From Clostridiaceae bacterium (lineage in GTDB: Bacteria; Bacillota; Clostridia; Saccharofermentanales; DTU023): DNA of 28,409 nt. The translations under genes were made by a program, and so were the position numbers. The stretch spans positions 1-28,409 of the forward strand of contig JAAZGN010000043.1 in assembly GCA_012511185.1 (NCBI GenBank). The letters run 5' to 3'. The number at the start of each line of letters is the position of its first letter. Position 1 is the first letter of the stretch. A model generated the notes under the pieces. The model searched no databases. It had not been told where the DNA came from and was given only the letters and a program-made list of their open reading frames with translations. Below, one piece after another: positions 19,274 through 27,113 of this stretch.

Positions 19274-20249
19274 GAATTCGCGCCAAAAGAGGGAAGGTTC
19301 GCTTCGCAATGAGGATGACTTGCGAAACAGGGGCAAGGCTGATCCCTACCCCTCCATTTTCCAGCCTTCCCCCTTTACGGATGAAAGCCGAAGAAAAAGG
19401 GCAAAGGAAAGACGCCGCCGCCGCTTTGCCGGCTGGCCTTCAAGATTGTTGGTTCTTGTTGCCCTGCTGCTCGCTCTTGCCTCCCTGCTGGCCTATCTCC
19501 CTCAGTTTTACATCGAAACAATTACCGTGACCGGTACCCGTATGACTGACCAGGCGGTGATCAAGGCATACGCCGAGGACAAGGAAGGTGAACATTTTTT
19601 GCCGAAAATGGGAGGATCGGCCATCCGCTTCCTGTCCTTGCGATACGGCAGCATTGAAGAGGAGATCCAGGCTGCCTACCCCATCGTCCGCCAGGCCCGT
19701 GTCCGTTTTCGATTTCCCTCAACCCTTGCCATCACCGTGGAGGAGAAGGTGGAAATACTGGCCATCCGCGTATCGGGAGGCTATGCCCTGATTGACCGTG
19801 ACCAGGAGGTCCTCCGGATAGCGGAAGAACCGGACTTCGCACTGCCCGTCCTGGAGGGCGTTTCCGTTCTCGGGCAGGCCACAGGAGGCGGACTGCTCAA
19901 AGTGGAGGACCCCACGCAGCTGACCGCGGCTTCGCATCTGATTGCCGGCTTGATTCAGCACGATCAGGCGGACACGTCAGGTCCCCAATTAATGGAAAAA
20001 ATCCGCCAGATCAGGCAGATTGCGGGGTCCCTCTTTTTTCTCTTTATCCCTTTGTCGCAAGGAGGGGAGATACGTGTTAGACTTGAGGACAACAGGCTGC
20101 TGCAAGATAAATTGGCCTTGCTGAGCTACCTGCTTGAGCGTGAAGACCTTATACCTCAGACAGCAGGTGAACTCGATTTAAGCGGTGAAACCGCCTATTT
20201 CCGCCCCGATGCGGGCGAGGGCCAGGTAACCGGTTTTACGGAACCTTGA
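19251..20249 (+). CDS. ftsQ: Cell division protein FtsQ/DivIB
   Basis: Basic N-terminus, one TM segment, POTRA-like FYIETITVTG and FPSTLAITVEEK; dcw position. Start is uncertain: ATG 19251, which overlaps the murG end, or TTG 19320. Confidence 0.8.
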   Translation: MMKRSSPKNSRQKREGSLRNEDDLRNRGKADPYPSIFQPSPFTDESRRKRAKERRRRRFAGWPSRLLVLVALLLALASLLAYLPQFYIETITVTGTRMTDQAVIKAYAEDKEGEHFLPKMGGSAIRFLSLRYGSIEEEIQAAYPIVRQARVRFRFPSTLAITVEEKVEILAIRVSGGYALIDRDQEVLRIAEEPDFALPVLEGVSVLGQATGGGLLKVEDPTQLTAASHLIAGLIQHDQADTSGPQLMEKIRQIRQIAGSLFFLFIPLSQGGEIRVRLEDNRLLQDKLALLSYLLEREDLIPQTAGELDLSGETAYFRPDAGEGQVTGFTEP

Positions 20250-20280
20250 AGCAGTGTCAGGATAGCTCGGAGGCGCATCC

Positions 20281-20682
20281 ATGCTGATTATTATCGGTCT
20301 TCTGATCGGTTTGCTCTTAGGTCTATTTGCCAATATACCCTTGCCCGCCAGCGTGGTACCCTACCTTGCCGTCTTCAGCCTGATCGGTGCCGAAGCCTTG
20401 ACCGGATCGTGGAATGCCCTCCAGGCGGGCGACTTTGAGCCGGGGAAATTTCTCATCGAGTTGGCGGCCAACTTAGTGATCGCGGCCCTTATGACGGCCT
20501 TGGGGCAGCAGATGAAATACGATTTTGCCCTGATCGTCTCCTTCATCTTCGCTTACAGGCTTTTCCGCAACACCAATTTCATGTCGCGCAAGCTCTATAA
20601 GGATATCCAAACGCGCCGCCAGAACCGGGCGCGCGAGAAAGAAGACGGCTTGCAGGACAAGCCGGAGAGGCCGGATCGATGA
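20281..20682 (+). CDS. sbp: DUF1290/Sbp family small basic membrane protein
   Basis: IIIGLLIGLLLG...PYLAVF...LAANLVIAALMTALG...FAYRLFRN pattern; usual position between divIB and ftsZ; GGAGG ribosome site. Confidence 0.75.
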   Translation: MLIIIGLLIGLLLGLFANIPLPASVVPYLAVFSLIGAEALTGSWNALQAGDFEPGKFLIELAANLVIAALMTALGQQMKYDFALIVSFIFAYRLFRNTNFMSRKLYKDIQTRRQNRAREKEDGLQDKPERPDR

Positions 20683-20714
20683 GGGGAACGGTTCCGTCAA
20701 TGTGCCCTTTTTGC

Positions 20715-20743
20715 TTGCACGGCCCAGCGGGTTAATGTAGAAT
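20715..20743 (+). promoter_or_regulatory. Sigma-A/70-type promoter upstream of ftsZ
   Basis: TTGCAC (20715-20720), 17-bp spacer, TAGAAT (20738-20743), in an intergenic gap. Confidence 0.75.
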
Positions 20744-20869
20744 ACTACGCGTGTACCCGTCTGTTCTTTCAAGCTGGAAGCAAGGGTGTGTATGTTACGC
20801 AATTTGTTTGAACTGAGGGCACGAAAATGGCAACTGCTTTAAACGAAAAGATGAAAGGAGTTGCGGCAC

Positions 20870-22240
20870 GTGGCGGATTATGATTACAATATGGGGATAG
20901 GCAGCGGTCTTTATGCGAACATCCGGGTCATCGGGATCGGCGGTGGGGGTTGCAATGCCGTCAACCGGATGATTGAAGGTGGTGTCCAGGGCATCGAATT
21001 CATCGCCGTCAATACCGATCATCAGTCGCTGCAGCATTCGAAGGCAAGCGAAACCATCCGGATCGGTGAAAAGATTACCCGCGGCCTGGGTGCCGGCGCG
21101 CAGCCGGAGCTGGGCCAGAAGGCGGCGGAAGAAAATATTGAGGAAATCTCCAAGGCATTGGAAGGTTCCGACATGCTTTTCATAACAGCCGGCATGGGTG
21201 GTGGCACCGGAACCGGCGGCGCGCCGGTGATCGCCCAGGTGGCGGAAAAACTCGGTATTCTGACGGTCGCCGTGGTGACCACCCCCTTCCGTTTCGAGGG
21301 GTCCCGCCGCCGGCAAAACGCAGAGAAGGGAGTCCGTGAGCTCCAGCAACACGTCGATTCGCTGATCGTGGTTCCCAACGACAAACTGCTTGAGATTGCC
21401 AGCGATGATACCACCCTGGATGAGGCCTTTAACCTGGCCGACCGGGTCCTCCAGTATGGTGTTTCCAGTATCTCCGATCTGGTTGCTGTTCCCGGCCTGA
21501 TCAACCTCGACCTGGCGGATGTCAGGCGGGTCATGACCAACGCCGGTGTCTGCCACATGGGCATTGGCCGGGGCAACGGGGAGAGCAGGGCGGCCACCTC
21601 CGTGAAACAGGCCATGACCAGCCCGTTGCTCGACACGACCATCGACGGGGCTCAAAGCATCATCATCAATTTTACCGGTGGACACGATATGAAGATGAAG
21701 GAGGTCAATGAGGCCGCCTCCCAGGTCCGCGAAGCCGTTTCACCCGACGCCGAGATTATCTTCGGTGCCGTGATCGACGAAAATATGCAGGACGACCTGG
21801 TCATTACCATTATTGCCAGCCGTTTCGGGGGTGACAGCATGCCGGCCCGCGCGGCACGCGCCGGACACGCCCAGGCATCTCCACCTTCTTTCAGCCTTCC
21901 GCAGCGGCAGCCACAGCCAGCCAGTTCCCGGTCAGCCATCGATGATTTGCCTGATTTTCTACGGCCACCGCGCTCTGGGCAGCCTAGGGACCGCGGACCG
22001 GACCAGGGTTTGCAAGGGACCGGTTTCAGCCGGACCAGCCAGCGACATGACGAGCTGGCCATGTCTGACATGATCGACCGGGCGACGGAGAACGCGGCAA
22101 GACACAACCGCAATATACCGCGTGTGCTCGACGAGGCCCCCCTTGAAAGGACAGGCCCGACGCCTGAGAGATCACGGGCGGGCAAGCAGGAGGGCAGGGT
22201 GCTGCCCTGGTTCCTGCGGGACGATGATATGGACCGCTGA
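20870..22240 (+). CDS. ftsZ: Cell division protein FtsZ with long C-terminal linker
   Basis: VIGIGGGGCNAVNRM, GMGGGTGTGGAP, TTPFRFEG and INLDLADV motifs. GTG at 20870 follows AAAGGAG (20854-20860). Confidence 0.98.
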   Translation: MADYDYNMGIGSGLYANIRVIGIGGGGCNAVNRMIEGGVQGIEFIAVNTDHQSLQHSKASETIRIGEKITRGLGAGAQPELGQKAAEENIEEISKALEGSDMLFITAGMGGGTGTGGAPVIAQVAEKLGILTVAVVTTPFRFEGSRRRQNAEKGVRELQQHVDSLIVVPNDKLLEIASDDTTLDEAFNLADRVLQYGVSSISDLVAVPGLINLDLADVRRVMTNAGVCHMGIGRGNGESRAATSVKQAMTSPLLDTTIDGAQSIIINFTGGHDMKMKEVNEAASQVREAVSPDAEIIFGAVIDENMQDDLVITIIASRFGGDSMPARAARAGHAQASPPSFSLPQRQPQPASSRSAIDDLPDFLRPPRSGQPRDRGPDQGLQGTGFSRTSQRHDELAMSDMIDRATENAARHNRNIPRVLDEAPLERTGPTPERSRAGKQEGRVLPWFLRDDDMDR

Positions 22241-22301
22241 CCATCGGCCACGTGATCATAGCGCCTCGGACAGCCGGCGGGGCTGGAGACTTTCAATTTA
22301 A

Positions 22302-22341
22302 AGACAGAAGCGGCCGGATCCATGATCCGGTCGTGCTGTCT
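22302..22341. other. Long imperfect inverted repeat (hairpin) between ftsZ and nrdR
   Basis: AGACAG-aa-GCGGCCGGATC-cat-GATCCGGTCGT-g-CTGTCT; no T tract follows. Confidence 0.65.
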
Positions 22342-22370
22342 GCCGCATCCGTGGGAAGGGGGCCAAACCG

Positions 22371-22895
22371 TTGAAATGTCCCAACTGTGAAGGAAATGAC
22401 GACCGGGTTGTCGATTCGAGGCCGTCGGACGATGGGACCACCATCCGCCGCCGCCGCGAATGTCTTCTGTGCGGAAGCCGCTTTACCACCTATGAGAAGG
22501 TTGAGAACATCCCCCTGATGGTCATCAAAAAAGACGGGAGCCGCCAGCCTTTTGATCGGCAGAAGCTTTTGATCGGTATCATGAAAAGCTGTGAAAAAAG
22601 GCCGGTGACCACTCAACAGATTGAGGAGCTGATCGATCAGGTGGAGCGGGTGGCCGGCAATGCGCTCAAGCGCGAGATCAGCACTTCCGAAATCGGGGAA
22701 CTGGTTCTGAAACAGCTGAGACGAATTGATGAAGTCGCCTACATCCGTTTCGCCTCGGTATACAGGGCATTTGGGGACATACGCTCATTTTTCAAGGAAA
22801 TTTCCTCCCTGCTCCAAAACGATGCGGGGGAAGGCGGGCCGGACCCCGGCAGTGAAGAAATTCTTGATCAGGTCTGGGAAGAACCGCAAGCTTAA
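22371..22895 (+). CDS. nrdR: Ribonucleotide reductase transcriptional repressor NrdR
   Basis: MKCPNC...VVDSR...IRRRRECLLCGSRFTTYE zinc ribbon, ATP-cone and DEVAYIRFASVY; TTG start. Confidence 0.97.
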   Translation: MKCPNCEGNDDRVVDSRPSDDGTTIRRRRECLLCGSRFTTYEKVENIPLMVIKKDGSRQPFDRQKLLIGIMKSCEKRPVTTQQIEELIDQVERVAGNALKREISTSEIGELVLKQLRRIDEVAYIRFASVYRAFGDIRSFFKEISSLLQNDAGEGGPDPGSEEILDQVWEEPQA

Positions 22896-22913
22896 AATAC
22901 AGAGGAGCTCAAG

Positions 22914-23639
22914 ATGGAAGAATCAAAACGCGTCCTGATCGTGGATGACGACAAGCATATCAGCGAATTGCTCAAGCTCTATTTCGAAAAAGACGGCTTC
23001 GAGGTTTCCTCCTGCTATACGGGGGACGCCGTCATGTCCATGGTCCGCGCCGTTACGCCCGATGTCATTATTTTGGATCTGATGCTTCCCGGCATGAGCG
23101 GTTTTGACATCATGCGGCAGCTCCGGCGCGAGTCGGACGTTCCCGTCCTGATGTTGACCGCGCGCAGCGATACCCTGGACAAGATCATCGGCCTGGAACT
23201 GGGGGCCGATGATTACATCCTGAAGCCCTTCGAACCCAAGGAGCTCCTGGCCCGTGTCAAGGAAGTCCTGCGGCGCTTCCATTCACCGGGTGCCGCCCGG
23301 ACCGCTGAGGCAAACAAAAGGGAGGTGGTGACTTACCCTGACCTGGTCGTCGACCGCATCCGCTATGCCGTCCGGATCGGAGACAGGGAAATCGATATGC
23401 CACCCAAGCAACTGGAGCTTCTGTTCTTCCTGGCCTCACATCCCAACCGGGTCTATACCCGTGACCAGATCCTGGAGCATATCTGGGGCATGGATTATTA
23501 CGGGGAGCAGCGCACCGTTGATGTCCACATCAATCGGATCAGGGAGAAGCTTGATGTCATTGAACACCCGCTTTGGCAAATCAAAACGGTGTGGAGCGTG
23601 GGTTATAAGTTTGAACTGAAGGAACAGGCTGAATCGTGA
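22914..23639 (+). CDS. OmpR/PhoB family response regulator
   Basis: IVDDD, ILDLMLPG (phospho-acceptor Asp), LTA, GADDYILKPF, RTVDVHINRIR and TVWSVGYK. Subfamily (PhoP/ResD/WalR-like) cannot be resolved here. Confidence 0.95.
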   Translation: MEESKRVLIVDDDKHISELLKLYFEKDGFEVSSCYTGDAVMSMVRAVTPDVIILDLMLPGMSGFDIMRQLRRESDVPVLMLTARSDTLDKIIGLELGADDYILKPFEPKELLARVKEVLRRFHSPGAARTAEANKREVVTYPDLVVDRIRYAVRIGDREIDMPPKQLELLFFLASHPNRVYTRDQILEHIWGMDYYGEQRTVDVHINRIREKLDVIEHPLWQIKTVWSVGYKFELKEQAES

Positions 23640-25141
23640 GAAGGATGTCGTTATACGCCCGGACGCTCCTCACGATTTCCGCCGCCATCCTGATTATTTT
23701 TCTTGCACTCGCCTTTATCTATGGAACCCTTTACAGCTTCTCCTCCTGGCAGCAGCGACAGGAGGAGCTGAAGCGCAATGCCACCGAGCTGGCAAGCCTC
23801 ACGGAAAACAGGATGGACGCGGCCCACACTACGTTCACCAGCACGGATATCACGGGGCATATCGCCTTTGCCGCCCGGTCGACCACAGCCTTTGTCTGGA
23901 TTGTCAACGCGAATGGCGAGATCATCTACCATACGGGAATCCCTTCCGAAACCATGCTGCTTCTTGAACGCTCCGGATTAGACGGGACAGGGGATCCGCT
24001 CCTGCCTTTGGAAGCGCGCAACGCGGATCAGGCGGTCTTTTGCGAAGCCGGTGACCGGACTGGCTTTGCCACCCTGCTCCCCGAGGCGGCGGAGTGGCTT
24101 GTGGCCAGCGCGCCCATTGGCAGGCATGGCGACCTGTACACCGGGGAGGTGGTGCTGCTCAAGCGCCATCACACGGAAAATTTCAGTGCTTTCCTTTTGG
24201 AGAACAATGTGCCGATTTCATTTACCATTGCCTTTATCCTTTCGCTGGCCATCATCATCTGGCTGTCCCGCAACATCACGCGGCCCATATCGGCCCTGGC
24301 CAAGACGGCTAATTCCGTCTATGCCGGCGACCTTTCCGCCCGGGTGAGCATGGGCGGCGAGCCGGACAGGGACGGAGCCATCCCGATCAGCCGGGAAGAT
24401 GATTTGACAAGGCTGGTTCGAACCTTCAACATGTTGATCGCGCAATTTGAAGAAAGGGAACGGCAGCACTCGGAATTTCTGGGCAATGTCTCCCACGATC
24501 TGCGCACACCGGTCACCTCCATCGGCGGCTTCATCGAGGGCATGCGCGACGGCACCATTCCCGAGGAAAAATTCGACTATTATCTGGACATCATCAAAAT
24601 GGAGACCGACCGCCTGGAGGGCCTGATCAACACCTTGTTCGATCAGGCAAGCCTGGAAGGCCAGACTCCCTTAAAGCAGGAAGTATTCGATCTCTATTCC
24701 CTGATCCGCCAGGTCAAACAGTCTTTTGAGCCCATGCTGACCGAGAAAAAGATCGAACTGGAGACGGTCTTTGACCACCGCCACGAGGAACCCGTCCGGG
24801 CTGTCGGTGATATAGGCCAGCTGACCCGGGTCCTGAACAATGTGGTGGCCAACGCCGTCCGTTTCACGCCGCAAAAGGGCATCATCCTGATCAGCACCGT
24901 GGTCGATGAGCGCTCCATCCGCGTTTCGGTTGAGGATAACGGGCCGGGCATCCCCGCGGAAGACCTGCCCCGTATTTTCGACCGATTCTACAAGGTGGAC
25001 AAGTCGCGTCACAGCCAGGGGTCCGGTTTGGGTCTCTACATCGCACGGGTTCTCATTCAACGTCACAGCCAGCAGATTGAGGCCGGCAGGTCGCCGGATC
25101 TGGGGGGCGCACGGATCAGCTTCACGGTGGCCAGGCCGTAG
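23636..25141 (+). CDS. Membrane sensor histidine kinase (2 TM, HAMP, HisKA, HATPase_c)
   Basis: Two hydrophobic segments flank a roughly 150-aa external domain. H-box SHDLRTP, N-box LNNVVANAVRF, DNGPGI, FDRFY and GSGLGL present. GTGA overlap with the regulator. Confidence 0.95.
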   Translation: MRRMSLYARTLLTISAAILIIFLALAFIYGTLYSFSSWQQRQEELKRNATELASLTENRMDAAHTTFTSTDITGHIAFAARSTTAFVWIVNANGEIIYHTGIPSETMLLLERSGLDGTGDPLLPLEARNADQAVFCEAGDRTGFATLLPEAAEWLVASAPIGRHGDLYTGEVVLLKRHHTENFSAFLLENNVPISFTIAFILSLAIIIWLSRNITRPISALAKTANSVYAGDLSARVSMGGEPDRDGAIPISREDDLTRLVRTFNMLIAQFEERERQHSEFLGNVSHDLRTPVTSIGGFIEGMRDGTIPEEKFDYYLDIIKMETDRLEGLINTLFDQASLEGQTPLKQEVFDLYSLIRQVKQSFEPMLTEKKIELETVFDHRHEEPVRAVGDIGQLTRVLNNVVANAVRFTPQKGIILISTVVDERSIRVSVEDNGPGIPAEDLPRIFDRFYKVDKSRHSQGSGLGLYIARVLIQRHSQQIEAGRSPDLGGARISFTVARP

Positions 25142-25218
25142 AACAGGGCCCTGTGTTCATAAAAAGGTTATATCTGCCCGATAAACTGCTTGCAGACAAA
25201 GGCTAAGGGGGATCAGTT

Positions 25219-26445
25219 GTGAAAAAAGACCGGACCGGACTCATCATCCTCATCGCTGTCTTTTTGCTCGCAGCCCTGTTAGTTCCTCTGTCGTGCCCGG
25301 GGCGGAAGCCGGCTGCCACCGATCCGGTGACTGACACGAGCTCTCCGACAACGACCACTTCACGCACCACGACGACGACCAGTACCACCAGCACAGCCTC
25401 CACGATGGAACCGACAAGTGCCCCGCAGGAGACAGGCGGGGAGGAAACCCCGGATCCTGTCGACCCGTATCCCTCCTTGCCGGATCTCTTTGCCTCCATC
25501 GCGCCTTCCGTGGTTTCGATTCATGTTTCCATACCAGCCTCCTCACTTTATTCCAAGCGGGAAGAGTTTTTCTCCGGCCTGATTGTCGATGAATCCGGTA
25601 TCATCGTCACCAGCTACAGCCTGCTGGAGCGTGCCCTTGATTTCCGTGGCAACCTGCTGGACGGCGCTTCCATCCGCCTGTACGTCCGCGGCTATGATCA
25701 GTCCTTCGAGGCATCGCTGGCGGGCTACCGGTCCACGGTCGATTTGGCTGTGTTGAGAATAAAGGAGCCGGGCGAGGCGGTCCTCACGGCACAGCCCCTG
25801 GCCCGTGAACCACAGCTGACAATCGGTACCCAAGTCTACAGCATTGGTTATCCGCCTGTCCTGATCGAGGAGGGTGGCCTCTCGTGCGGCCATATTATCT
25901 CGCTTTACCGCACTTCCTACGAAGAGGACGGCTCCCCCGTCGGCCTGATCGAAACCAGTATCCCGACCCAGACCGTATACGCAGGCAGTCCGCTGATCAA
26001 CGACCGGGGTGATGTGATCGCCATCGCCAGTGGCTACCTCAAACGCATTTATGTCCAGCAACTGGGTTATGCCGTGCCCTCACCGATTGTGTCGGACGTG
26101 GTCAGCCGGATACTGGATCAGACCGACCAGCTTCCCGGGCCCAAGGCCGCCCTGGGCATCACCGTTCTGAGCGACGGGGACGCCGCCAGCCTGCGTAAGA
26201 TGTTCGGTTACCCCACCGGTCTTTATATCAACATGGTCAAGTCTGAAAGCGCGGCCTACACCGCGGGGCTGAATGCCGGCGATATTCTGATCAGCATCAA
26301 TGGCCAGGTAATGGAGGCAGTCCGGGATCTGATGACCTTCCTGGATGGCCAGGCCGTCGGAACCCTAGTCGAGATGACGATCTACCGGCCGGGCGATGAC
26401 AAGACCCTGGTCCTGACCTGTTACCTGCTCGAGGAGATGCCGTGA
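25219..26445 (+). CDS. HtrA/DegP-like trypsin-fold plus PDZ protein lacking the catalytic His and Ser
   Basis: N-terminal hydrophobic anchor, Thr/Ser-rich linker, PSVVSI, SGLIVDESGIIVTSYSLL, DLAVL, VYSIGYP, IETS...VYAGSPLIN, and a PDZ domain (LGIT...SAAYTAGLNAGDILISING). Confidence 0.85.
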   Translation: MKKDRTGLIILIAVFLLAALLVPLSCPGRKPAATDPVTDTSSPTTTTSRTTTTTSTTSTASTMEPTSAPQETGGEETPDPVDPYPSLPDLFASIAPSVVSIHVSIPASSLYSKREEFFSGLIVDESGIIVTSYSLLERALDFRGNLLDGASIRLYVRGYDQSFEASLAGYRSTVDLAVLRIKEPGEAVLTAQPLAREPQLTIGTQVYSIGYPPVLIEEGGLSCGHIISLYRTSYEEDGSPVGLIETSIPTQTVYAGSPLINDRGDVIAIASGYLKRIYVQQLGYAVPSPIVSDVVSRILDQTDQLPGPKAALGITVLSDGDAASLRKMFGYPTGLYINMVKSESAAYTAGLNAGDILISINGQVMEAVRDLMTFLDGQAVGTLVEMTIYRPGDDKTLVLTCYLLEEMP

Positions 26446-27113
26446 CCCGCCCGCTTCGTGACCGCGCCCGTCAGGTGACCGCGGTTTTGACCCGGCACTA
26501 TCCCGGGGCTACGGTTACCTTGACCCACCAGGCGCCCTGGGAGCTTCTGGTTGGTGCCATCCTGGCTTCCCAGTGCACCGATGAGCGCGTGAACCGGGTT
26601 ACACCTGGCCTTTTTGCCCGTTTTCCCGACCCCCTGGCCATGGCCGGGGCGGATCAGGGAGAGCTGGAGCAGCTGATCCGCAGCTGTGGTCTCTATCGAT
26701 CCAAGGCCAGGGCACTTCGGGGGACCGGTCGAATGGTGACAGAGCGGCACGGGGGTGCGGTTCCCTCGACCCGGGAGGAATTGATGGCCCTGCCCGGTGT
26801 GGGGCGAAAGATTGCCAACCTGATCATGGGCGATGCCTTCGGCGCCCAGGCCATTGTGGTCGACACGCACTGCGCGCGGATCAGCCGTTTGCTTGGCTTC
26901 ACCAACAGCGACAAGCCCAGCCGGATCGAGCGGGATCTGGAGGAACTTGTCCCGCAGGAGGCGTGGACACGCTGGGGTCACCTGATGGTAGCGCACGGCC
27001 GGGTCCTGTGCCGGGCGCGCTGCCGCCTTTGTTTTGAATGCCCGGTCCGCCTTCTGTGCCGCTATGGCATGGCGCTTGACGCCGGGAGGGTGACGGAGGG
27101 CGGCTGTGTCTGA
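26442..27113 (+). CDS. nth: Endonuclease III (HhH-GPD glycosylase, 4Fe-4S)
   Basis: ILASQCTDERVN, LPGVGRKIAN, VDTH and C-X6-C-X2-C-X5-C (CRARCRLCFECPVRLLC). Confidence 0.95.
   Translation: MTRPLRDRARQVTAVLTRHYPGATVTLTHQAPWELLVGAILASQCTDERVNRVTPGLFARFPDPLAMAGADQGELEQLIRSCGLYRSKARALRGTGRMVTERHGGAVPSTREELMALPGVGRKIANLIMGDAFGAQAIVVDTHCARISRLLGFTNSDKPSRIERDLEELVPQEAWTRWGHLMVAHGRVLCRARCRLCFECPVRLLCRYGMALDAGRVTEGGCV

Noticed and set aside
20795-22323. Minus-strand ORFs over ftsZ (296, 206 and 223 aa) and similar ones over murG, ftsW and the HtrA-like gene
   Set aside because: Same shadow-ORF effect; no domain signatures.
11700-25141. Genome-wide reassignment of TAG to an amino acid
   Set aside because: murF, mraY, ftsW and the kinase end at TAG at plausible lengths. 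Read-through of murF would add a long out-of-frame extension over mraY.
25142-25218. Possible terminator, promoter or regulator box between the kinase and the HtrA-like gene
   Set aside because: Only a bulged short stem (gaacagg...cctgtgttc); no convincing T tract, hexamer pair or direct repeat.
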